Below, in pieces: positions 8,115 to 16,039 of a stretch of DNA of 18,127 nt. A model generated the notes under the pieces. It saw only the letters and a program-made list of their open reading frames with translations. It was not told the DNA's origin and did not search any database. Origin of the DNA: Candidatus Aegiribacteria sp. (lineage in GTDB: Bacteria > Fermentibacterota > Fermentibacteria > Fermentibacterales > JCC-6); contig JAWOBF010000080.1 in NCBI GenBank assembly GCA_046498225.1, positions 1 through 18,127 of the forward strand, written 5' to 3'. The stretch's first letter is position 1. The number at the start of each line of letters is the position of its first letter. The translations under genes were made by a program, and so were the position numbers.

Positions 8115-10064
8115 TTACCTGATTACCATCACCCTGGCCGTTGAGATCTGGCCGCCCTGTTCCAGGCGGAGGAAATACATTCCGGGTGTGAGGTCGCCGG
8201 TGTTCCAGCTCATGGTCTGTGTGCCCTCCAGGTTCCCCTGGTAGGGGGTGGCGATGAGCCGGCCGGTGAGGTCGAAGACGTTCAGCTCCGCCGGGCCGCC
8301 GTTCCCGCTGATGGTCACCACGGCCGCGGACCTGACCGGATTGTTCACCATCACGTTGCCGGCTGCCGGCGCGGGCTGCTCACCCTCCTCTATTCCGGTG
8401 AGTCCCCATACAGCCATCTGGACCGATGGGTCGCCCATGAGGTTGTAGCCCTCGTAGTAGTACTTGGACCTTCCGGTACCGCCCAGATATTCGAACAGGG
8501 ACAGCTTCCCGCCGTTGAGAAAGCCCATGGGCCAGTAGACGCCCGCGTCCAGGAAGTACTCGTACTCACCCTTCTGCTGAATGTCGTCCTCCGTCCAGTA
8601 TGAAGAGGGTACGGAGCCCCAGAACCAGAGGCCGCCCCGCTCCGGGGTCCTGGTCCAGGTCTCGCACCACGCGGTACCTGTTTCGAAGTCGCCGGTGAGA
8701 CAGGAATGAGAGAGGACACCGGGAAGCATGTCCCCGTTGGTGAGCTGATTGAAGTCGCTGGAGCCGAAGGACATGTCGCCCCAGCTGGTGGTGCTGCCGT
8801 GACCGGAGAAAGTGAGCATCGACACGCCGCCGTTTATAGACGCTACAGCGTCCGCGGCGGTGCCGCCCTGGGCCGGGTAGACCTTATCCCAGGTGTATCC
8901 CAGGGGGTCAAGGTAGTTGTCGATGCAGTAGTTGTGGGTTCCCTCGGAAACGCTGGAGTTGTCGTTGCTGGCTATCCATGTGGTGTTCTGCACCCAGGGG
9001 GTAGCGCCGCTGACGTTCTGTTCGTAGTTGATGACCCTGTCTGCCATGAGGATCGCCTGTCCAACCGATGTAACGGAGAACCTTCCGATGAAGGCGTCGG
9101 GGAAGTAGCCTCCGTCATCCAGGGTTACGTAGTAGAGGTCCGTCACGCCGCCGTACTCGGTGGCCGCGTTGCCGGGAAGGTAGGGGGTATCGCCAACCAG
9201 AAGGACATAGACCGGTGGGTTGGTCCAGTTCTCGATGGCGTCAAGAATGTACGCCTCTATCTCCGGGGCGGAACTCCCGGTGACGCCGAGGTCGACCATG
9301 GTCACCTCGAAGCCCAGGCTTTCCTTCCAGCTGACGAAATCGTCCATGCCGGTGGTTATGAAATCCTCGTGTCCCACTATGAGGTAGGGGGCGGGAGGGG
9401 TGTCGGTTCCGCTTTCGTAGGTACCGTAGTTTACAGCGATGTTCGAAAGGAGAGCTTCGAAGGGTGGGGCATAGTACCGGCTGGCGCCGGCGTAGGTGGC
9501 TCCGAGGTCTCCGCCCTGGAACGAAAGGGAGACGGTGGCTTCGGAAAGCAGCTGGCAGCTGTTGTCCGAGGGGTCCCACCGAAGAGGGAGGACCTCGATC
9601 AATGCCAGGTTGCGGCCGCGCATCTGTCCCGCGTAAACTACCCTGACCCAATTCGCGGGGTACGAAGCACCGTTACTGTAGACATCCCTGTCGAACTCCA
9701 TTGTGAAGCTGTCCCGGGGACGGCTCTTGGGGGCCGACATAACGCCGGGACTGATGGGCCATGCCGGACCGCCGATGGTCTCAACGGTCTCCCCGGATAT
9801 GGTTGCCTCAACGGTGGCTCCCACCGGTATCTCGACCCAGGTCCGGAAAACGGGCATCCTGGGGAACGTGAATTCGGTTGTGTTCTCCGCGCCGTCGATC
9901 ACGGGGAACGAGTAGTTGCCGCCCCTAATCTCCAGGGTCCTGTAATCAGGCCGGGAGGTGGACAGCTGCAGAACGATGCCCTCCGGGGAGGATTCCACAA
10001 CGGAAAGCCCCGAGGCCAGAAGACCTCCGGAGATAATCAGCATCATGCAGATCAAATACTTCAT
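8115..10064 (-). CDS. Gingipain-like C25 cysteine peptidase with signal peptide, propeptide and T9SS type-A-like C-terminal domain
   Basis: Propeptide-like P-R-M-P-V-F-R-T-W-V-E-I-P and YP..W. Catalytic domain motifs YVLLVGD, TDLYY, PDAFIGRF, FSGHG (His, 8799-8801), HSCLTG (Cys, 8700-8702), YNLMGDP. CTD motifs NNP, VFDLTGR, PGMYFLRL, terminal RVMVIR. Confidence 0.9.
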   Translation of the reverse strand: MKYLICMMLIISGGLLASGLSVVESSPEGIVLQLSTSRPDYRTLEIRGGNYSFPVIDGAENTTEFTFPRMPVFRTWVEIPVGATVEATISGETVETIGGPAWPISPGVMSAPKSRPRDSFTMEFDRDVYSNGASYPANWVRVVYAGQMRGRNLALIEVLPLRWDPSDNSCQLLSEATVSLSFQGGDLGATYAGASRYYAPPFEALLSNIAVNYGTYESGTDTPPAPYLIVGHEDFITTGMDDFVSWKESLGFEVTMVDLGVTGSSAPEIEAYILDAIENWTNPPVYVLLVGDTPYLPGNAATEYGGVTDLYYVTLDDGGYFPDAFIGRFSVTSVGQAILMADRVINYEQNVSGATPWVQNTTWIASNDNSSVSEGTHNYCIDNYLDPLGYTWDKVYPAQGGTAADAVASINGGVSMLTFSGHGSTTSWGDMSFGSSDFNQLTNGDMLPGVLSHSCLTGDFETGTAWCETWTRTPERGGLWFWGSVPSSYWTEDDIQQKGEYEYFLDAGVYWPMGFLNGGKLSLFEYLGGTGRSKYYYEGYNLMGDPSVQMAVWGLTGIEEGEQPAPAAGNVMVNNPVRSAAVVTISGNGGPAELNVFDLTGRLIATPYQGNLEGTQTMSWNTGDLTPGMYFLRLEQGGQISTARVMVIR

Positions 10065-10186
10065 TTTCTTCCTTTCGCAGGGGAGCTATGGGATGAATTT
10101 CGATTAGTTTATATCTTCGATGTTGCAGCGCATAGGGAGAACACGAAAATAGCGATTGGAGTTCCCATCGTAAAGGGTTTGTCCAC

Positions 10187-12310
10187 ATGATCTTTCGAAG
10201 GTGTTTATATTCCGTTTTATTGGTATTCATCGCGGGAACGGCAGGCGCGGACGATGGAATATCACTGGTTCTCTCCGGTGGAGGCGCCAGGGGGTTCGCC
10301 CACGTGGGAGTGCTGCTGGCCCTGGAGGAGGAGGGGGTCTGCGTCAAAAGCGTTACCGGCACCAGCATGGGCGCGCTTGTGGGTGGACTGTACTGCTGCG
10401 GCTACACTCCGGCTCGTATAGACTCCATCGTAAGGAATACCGACTGGGGCCGGCTTTTCTCGTCAGATCTCGACAGCAGATTCACCATGCTGCCCCTTCG
10501 GCTTTCTGCTTCCCACGACATTCTCCGCCTGCGGGTCAGGGGGTTCCAGCCGGTCCTTCCCAGAAGCGCGGTTTCCACACAGAGAGTGTCCTCTCTTCTA
10601 TCATCCCTGACCGCTCCGGTACAGGTGGAGAGGGGCCTTGAATTTGACTCCCTGCCCGTTCCCCTGCGCATGGTTTCCTTCGATCTGGTCAGCGGACGAA
10701 GGGTAATATTCTCACGCGGACAACTGAGCACATGCCAGCTGAGTTCCATGGCGGTGCCTGCGGTCTTTCCCGCGGTAAGAATGGGGAACATGCTCCTGGT
10801 GGACGGAGGTGTGGGGGATAATCTGCCGGTCGACGTGGCCCGGGATACCTGGAACCATCGGATACTCGCTGTGGATATTTCCTCGGACGCCCCGGAGATA
10901 CCGGAGAACCCTTCCCTCTTCCAGGTGGGAACCCTTACCTACAGCGCGCTGTCCTCCAGGGTGAACGCTCTCTACAGCGCGAAGCCGGATTTCTATTTCA
11001 GGCCCGACCTGCGCGGGGCCAGAAGCTACGAGTTCACCAGTGAGGCCGCCGATTCGCTTATAGATATGGGCTACAGGCAGATGCTCTCCTACCTTGACCG
11101 GCATCCGGAGATACCCAGGCGGGAAGATCGGTCCCCGAATACTCTCGAGCCCCCGGCCCGGGAGCTGATCATCGGCTCTGTCAGCCTGCACGGCTTGAGC
11201 GGAGTCTCCCAGAAAGCCGTCTACGAGTGGTTCGTTCTGGAGCCGGGGGATACTGTGACTTCCGCCGACCTGAGGGAGGCCGCGGAGAAGCTATACGCAT
11301 CGGACCTCTTCGAGAGGGTGGATTACGATGTTCGCCCGGAGGGTCCGGAAGGTCTGGTGGAACTGGCATACAGCTTCGTGGAGAGGGAGCCTTCCTCCAT
11401 AGGCATAGGAATGACCTACTGCGACAGACTGGGGCTGGACGGAAGGATAACGTACAAGCACAAGAACTTCATGAACGCGGGACACCATCTCATGGCCAAC
11501 GCAGGAGGAGGGGAGAGGTACGTATTCGGGGAGCTGAGGGTCCTGGACCTCGCCTCGGGAAGAAGGGAATGGTTCGCCGACTACTCCCTCACCGCATATC
11601 AGATGAAAGTGCTTACCTACGAGATCGACGGTAGTACGGCCGAACCTGTGCAGACATACCTTTACGGTCATGCCGCCCGGGGTTTTTCCACCGGATGGTG
11701 GGGACTGAGCGAGCTGGGAATATCAGGCACAGCCCAGAGGTACGGAGTCGGTGAGCTGCAGGGTTTCGCAGCCCTGTTCATCGAGAATCTGACCGAAACC
11801 ATCGATGACCCTCTGTCACCGCATTCGGGGCTCAGGCTGAGAACCAGGCTCTCATGGGCGCCTCTGATGACCCATAAGCACATCAAGCTGGAGTACGACC
11901 TGATGGGAGCTTTCCCCTTCCTCAGAAATGGAACGATGGTCACCGGCCTGTGGGGCCAGTTTCTCGCTGGCACCACCTGGGAATGGCAGAGAAGCAGGCT
12001 GACGGCCGCCAGGACAATACCTGGAGCGCCCCTGTACTCAATGCCGGCGAGACAGAGAATAGCCGGGTACGCCCGGTTCAGGAGGGAACTGAACGGCCCC
12101 TTTTTCCTCTCCATGGAAACCGGAGCATCCTGTGACTGGGATTCACCACTGGAGCTGGATGATGCCAGGTGGACATGGGGAGCTGGAATTGCGGCCGGGC
12201 TCGAGACCCCCATGGGACTCGCCTCGCTAAGCTGGGGCTGGTCGGACCGTTTCAAAGGCAGATGGATGGTCTCCGTGGGGTCGGAACTGACTTACGGGCC
12301 GGGGAGGTGA
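10187..12310 (+). CDS. Patatin-like phospholipase with POTRA domain and C-terminal Omp85-like beta-barrel (PlpD / type Vd-like)
   Basis: Signal peptide, LSGGGARG oxyanion motif, GTSMG nucleophile, SMAVPAVF, VDGG catalytic Asp. POTRA-like IGSVSLHGL...KLYASDLFERV. Amphipathic strands ending GLETPMGLASLSWG...WMVSVG. Confidence 0.88.
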   Translation: MIFRRCLYSVLLVFIAGTAGADDGISLVLSGGGARGFAHVGVLLALEEEGVCVKSVTGTSMGALVGGLYCCGYTPARIDSIVRNTDWGRLFSSDLDSRFTMLPLRLSASHDILRLRVRGFQPVLPRSAVSTQRVSSLLSSLTAPVQVERGLEFDSLPVPLRMVSFDLVSGRRVIFSRGQLSTCQLSSMAVPAVFPAVRMGNMLLVDGGVGDNLPVDVARDTWNHRILAVDISSDAPEIPENPSLFQVGTLTYSALSSRVNALYSAKPDFYFRPDLRGARSYEFTSEAADSLIDMGYRQMLSYLDRHPEIPRREDRSPNTLEPPARELIIGSVSLHGLSGVSQKAVYEWFVLEPGDTVTSADLREAAEKLYASDLFERVDYDVRPEGPEGLVELAYSFVEREPSSIGIGMTYCDRLGLDGRITYKHKNFMNAGHHLMANAGGGERYVFGELRVLDLASGRREWFADYSLTAYQMKVLTYEIDGSTAEPVQTYLYGHAARGFSTGWWGLSELGISGTAQRYGVGELQGFAALFIENLTETIDDPLSPHSGLRLRTRLSWAPLMTHKHIKLEYDLMGAFPFLRNGTMVTGLWGQFLAGTTWEWQRSRLTAARTIPGAPLYSMPARQRIAGYARFRRELNGPFFLSMETGASCDWDSPLELDDARWTWGAGIAAGLETPMGLASLSWGWSDRFKGRWMVSVGSELTYGPGR

Positions 12311-12313
12311 ACG

Positions 12314-12661
12314 GTGGCGATAATAAGGCATTCCGGCGACATAAGGGCGGACAGGGAGACCTCTCCCGGAAACAGGGGAGTCATCTCCCGAATCCTCGCC
12401 GGTCCCGCCCAGGGCTGCGGGGACATAACAGTCAGGATGCTCTCCATCAAACCGCAAGGGCGGATGGCCAGGGAGGAGTTCGATTTTCAGAGGGTGGTCA
12501 CGGTTGTCCAGGGGGAACTGCTGTTCATGGACGGGGACGGGGCGGTCCACCTGGTGAGCCAGGGGGACGTGGTTATAATCCGCCCCTACGAGAGGCACCA
12601 TTTCCAGAATGATTCCTCCTCGATAGCAAGACTGCATATAGCCGAGACTCCCGGCGGGTGA
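12314..12661 (+). CDS. Small cupin-fold protein (degenerate metal site)
   Basis: GTG start with GGAGG RBS. Cupin pattern RMLSIKPQG...VTVVQG...VSQGDVVIIRPYERHHFQN. Confidence 0.75.
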   Translation: MAIIRHSGDIRADRETSPGNRGVISRILAGPAQGCGDITVRMLSIKPQGRMAREEFDFQRVVTVVQGELLFMDGDGAVHLVSQGDVVIIRPYERHHFQNDSSSIARLHIAETPGG

Positions 12662-12693
12662 GACCCCGCTCAGATACAGGGAAGGGATCAGCG

Positions 12694-13104
12694 ATGGGTT
12701 TTTTTCAGTGGGTTACGGTCCTGTTCATACTGGCGCTTGCCAACCTGGTCTGGGGCCGGATAAGCGTAAAAAGGTTCATGGCGGTTCATCAGAGGATATC
12801 CACGATGATGGAACTGACCCGGTTCAAGAGGATGGTCCGGAAACAGATGTACGGGGCGCTGCTTCAGATGGTTCTGCTGGGGGCCATGGGCACCCTGGCC
12901 TTCGTGGGAATACTCATTGGAAGCATCAATACCATCCAGTTCCTGGTCGTACTGGCCATGAACGGAATTATCGTCTACGCCGGCAACCAGGGAAAATCCA
13001 TCGAGAACCGGGCTCGGGACCTTCCCGTGGACGACCTGGACCTGAGAACGAATTACGTGGATATCTGCAGGACGTGGCGGCTGAAGGCGTTTCCCGACTT
13101 CTAG
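12694..13104 (+). CDS. Hypothetical membrane protein (about 3 TM helices)
   Basis: ATG 12694 follows purine-rich GGGAAGGGA (alternative GTG 12658 overlaps the cupin stop). Three hydrophobic segments. The stop overlaps the convergent metH stop in CTAG. Confidence 0.7.
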   Translation: MGFFQWVTVLFILALANLVWGRISVKRFMAVHQRISTMMELTRFKRMVRKQMYGALLQMVLLGAMGTLAFVGILIGSINTIQFLVVLAMNGIIVYAGNQGKSIENRARDLPVDDLDLRTNYVDICRTWRLKAFPDF

Positions 13105-15443
13105 GACGATTCCATCAGCCTGACGGCCTCCACCGCGGCCCCCCAGGCGTCCCGGGCGTATCCGTCGGCACCAATGGATTCGGCGTATTCCCCGGTAAGG
13201 ACCGCTCCGCCGACCATTATCCTGGCATCGATACCCCTTTCTTCCGCCATGGTGATTATTCTCTCCATCTCCGGCGCCGTGGTGCTCATCAGAGCGGACA
13301 GCGCGATGATGTCCGCCCCCTCCTCCTCGGCCCTGTCCAGGATATCTACCGCGGGAACGTCCCTGCCCAGGTCGGTGACCGCGAACCCCGCGTTCCGCAG
13401 GAAGAGCCCCACCAGGTTCTTTCCGATATCGTGCACGTCGCCTTTCACCGAGGCCAGCACCACCCTTCCCCTCTCCGCACCCTCACCCTCCCTCTCCAGG
13501 TGGGGGGCGAGAAGCCTGGTGAGCACCTCCGATGCCTCCGCGGAGGCTATGAGATGGGGCAGGAAGAGTTTTCTGCGGCTGTAGAGGTCGCCGACCCTTT
13601 CCATGGCGGGACCCAGTCCCCGGCTCAGTATGTCCACCGCTCTGACACCGCTCTCCAGAAGCTCTCTCCCCGAAGCCTCTGTCTGCCTCCGGTCCCCCAC
13701 GATGATGCTCTTCCTTAGAATGCCCATGAAGTCGGGCGATGCGCTCTGAGGGTCCAGTTCGGGGAGCTTCAGCTCCACCTCCTCAACGCTTCCGGTGAGT
13801 ATGCGGACGCTCCTGTGGGTTGCCGCCATGTTCCGGTCCAGCACGTCGATTATGGCCAGGTCCAGCCCCCTAATACCCATGGAAGCAAGAAGGGCCGAGT
13901 TGAGAGAACTCCTGTCGGGCATTCCGTGGGAGACGTTGGAGATACCGGCTATGGTATACAGCCCACCTCTCCTGAACAGCTCCAGCGTGTCCAGAACGGT
14001 TCCAGCTCCCGCGCCGGTTCCAACAGGCTTCACCAGAGGATCGGCCAGTATTCTCCAGCGGGGGAAACCATGCTCCTCCAGGATGGCTATCCCTCTCTCC
14101 AGGATGGCCAGCCTCTCCTCGGGAGTATTCCCCGGTCCATTGTCATCCAGGGGCAGCAGAACGGCGTAACCGCCGTGGCGCAGCAGGGTATCTATCCTCC
14201 GGCCGATATGGTTCTCCTGCGCCGTAAGGGAGTTGAGTATCCCGATACCCCCCATCTGGCGGAAAGCCGTCCGGATGTTCTCCGGCTCCGAGAGGTCCAC
14301 GGACAGGGGAGGTCCTATGGAGAGCCTGCTGAACAGCTGCCGCACCAGGTCTTCGGGAATGAGTTTTTCCAGGCCGAGGTTAACGTCGATGACGTCCGCC
14401 CTTCCCTGTGCCCTGGCCAGCGATACCAGCGCCAGCGTGTCCCCTTCCTCTATGGATCGCTGCAGACCGGCCCTGCCGGTCGGATTGATGGATTCACCCA
14501 CCGTGTGCAGGCCGCTGCCCAGCCTGACCACTCTGTCCACGGAAGTCAGCAGGTGAACGTTCTCGCGGTCGCTTTTCCCCGCCGGCCGGCTGCCCAGCAG
14601 GGACACGTATTCCCGCACGTGCTCAGGGCCCGTGCCGCAGCAACCTCCCAGTATGGCGGTTCCGCTCCAGGCGAAATCCTCGAGCCATCCGGCGAACCTC
14701 TCCGGTGACATATCCCAGCTGCCGTCCACCGGGAGTCCGGCATTGGGCTCCACAGATACCCATCTGTGCGAGAACCTCAGCATTTCCTGTATGACCGGGA
14801 GCAGTTCCTCGGGGCCTTCTCCGCAGTTGGCTCCCGCGGCGTCCACCGGCAGCTGGTCCATCAGCGCCGCCAGGGCGGCGGGAGATGTTCCGGAGAGGGT
14901 AAGCCCGCCTGCCCCGAATGACATCTGAGCGGATATGAAACCGTCAGGGCACGCATCCCTCACCGCCAGCACCGCGGCCTTCAGTTCCCTGGGATCAGAG
15001 AAGGTCTCGAGGAAGAAGATGTCGATGCCAGCTCCGGCAAGCGCGGAGGCCTGGGACGAGAAGAACCCGTAAGTTTCCATCCATGTCATGCCGCCGGAAG
15101 GATACAGAAGCCGGCCGGTGGGGCCGATGCTTCCGCCAACCAGGGCTTCACCCCCCGCCGCCCTAAGGGCGCACCGGGCCAGCCTGCTGTTCACGCTTTC
15201 CACCATGTCCGGGGTTCCCAGCTTGGGCGCGGTGCCGCCGAAGGTGCAGGTCAGGATTACATCGGCGCCCGCCCTGACGTAATCCCCGTGCATTTCGAAG
15301 AGCAGGTCCGTATTTTCCAGGGCCCAAAGCTCCGTGGATACACCCGGCGGCATTCCCCTCTTCATCAGCTCCGTGCCGGAGGCGCCGTCCAGGAAGACAA
15401 CCCTGCTCTCCAGAACGCTTCTCAGCTTGTCTGACTGATCCAT
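13101..15443 (-). CDS. metH: Cobalamin-dependent methionine synthase, Thermotoga-type without activation domain (Hcy, folate, cap and B12 domains)
   Basis: FLDGASGT, GANC (Cys207) and GGCCGT (Cys268/269) zinc ligands. Pterin domain GESINPTG, IDVN, LNS, ADP, GISNVSHG. Cap domain MERVGDLY...FLPHL. B12 motif GDVHDIGKN, LSALM, MVGGA. Confidence 0.93.
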   Translation of the reverse strand: MDQSDKLRSVLESRVVFLDGASGTELMKRGMPPGVSTELWALENTDLLFEMHGDYVRAGADVILTCTFGGTAPKLGTPDMVESVNSRLARCALRAAGGEALVGGSIGPTGRLLYPSGGMTWMETYGFFSSQASALAGAGIDIFFLETFSDPRELKAAVLAVRDACPDGFISAQMSFGAGGLTLSGTSPAALAALMDQLPVDAAGANCGEGPEELLPVIQEMLRFSHRWVSVEPNAGLPVDGSWDMSPERFAGWLEDFAWSGTAILGGCCGTGPEHVREYVSLLGSRPAGKSDRENVHLLTSVDRVVRLGSGLHTVGESINPTGRAGLQRSIEEGDTLALVSLARAQGRADVIDVNLGLEKLIPEDLVRQLFSRLSIGPPLSVDLSEPENIRTAFRQMGGIGILNSLTAQENHIGRRIDTLLRHGGYAVLLPLDDNGPGNTPEERLAILERGIAILEEHGFPRWRILADPLVKPVGTGAGAGTVLDTLELFRRGGLYTIAGISNVSHGMPDRSSLNSALLASMGIRGLDLAIIDVLDRNMAATHRSVRILTGSVEEVELKLPELDPQSASPDFMGILRKSIIVGDRRQTEASGRELLESGVRAVDILSRGLGPAMERVGDLYSRRKLFLPHLIASAEASEVLTRLLAPHLEREGEGAERGRVVLASVKGDVHDIGKNLVGLFLRNAGFAVTDLGRDVPAVDILDRAEEEGADIIALSALMSTTAPEMERIITMAEERGIDARIMVGGAVLTGEYAESIGADGYARDAWGAAVEAVRLMESS

Positions 15444-16039
15444 CCAATAACTCCCGTTCCGCTCTTTACCGGGGTGAGCATGCAGGACCCCTCCCGTAAT
15501 GATACTCCCACTCTGCCTCCTTCGAGAAGATCGAACAGGTCCGACTGCACCGATAGATGAAAGTCGCCGAACCCCGGCGCGAACCTCGCTGTTGATATGC
15601 AGCCGGGAAAGCGTGTGGATAGCTTGCGGTGCAGCTTCCGCAGAAGTTCCTCCACCATGGACGAAGCCGCGGCGTCGAGAAAGTAGGATGCAGTGTGCTG
15701 GCCGGCTTCCCTCATCCGTGATGCCGTCCTCTCCGGGACGGGCCCTATGGTAACCAGGAAGAGCGAGACCCTGACCGCTCCCTTCATGAACCGGGCCAGG
15801 GAAGCGCTCTGCAACCGGACCTCATCGGTTGCCAGAACTTTCCCGTCAAGCTCTGTCACGTCCAGGGTCCTCACCAGCGCCCGGGGTTCCGCCACCCGGG
15901 AAAGGACCTCCAGAGCCCCTCGGGCTTCCGTTCCGAAGCGTCCCCGTCTGGAGGGGGGGCAGCCGCTTCTGGCCAGCACCCTGTCCTCGCCGGGCAGTAC
16001 GGTGGCGGGATCGAACCCTATCAGCTCAGCTTTCGCCAT
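15422..16039 (-). CDS. Stand-alone methionine synthase reactivation (AdoMet-binding) domain
   Basis: FLVTIG, YFLDAAAS..VE, RFAPGFGDF, LTPVKSGTGVIG motifs of the short MetH activation-domain proteins. Overlaps both neighbours. Confidence 0.88.
   Translation of the reverse strand: MAKAELIGFDPATVLPGEDRVLARSGCPPSRRGRFGTEARGALEVLSRVAEPRALVRTLDVTELDGKVLATDEVRLQSASLARFMKGAVRVSLFLVTIGPVPERTASRMREAGQHTASYFLDAAASSMVEELLRKLHRKLSTRFPGCISTARFAPGFGDFHLSVQSDLFDLLEGGRVGVSLREGSCMLTPVKSGTGVIGWISQTS

Noticed and set aside
8014..8244. 76-aa plus-strand ORF and plus-strand TATAAT at 8025-8030
   Set aside because: The ORF spans a terminator and runs antisense into the C25 gene. No RBS, and no convincing -35 for the hexamer.
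8706..10190. 494-aa plus-strand ORF
   Set aside because: Exact antisense shadow of the well-supported C25 peptidase, with typical shadow composition.
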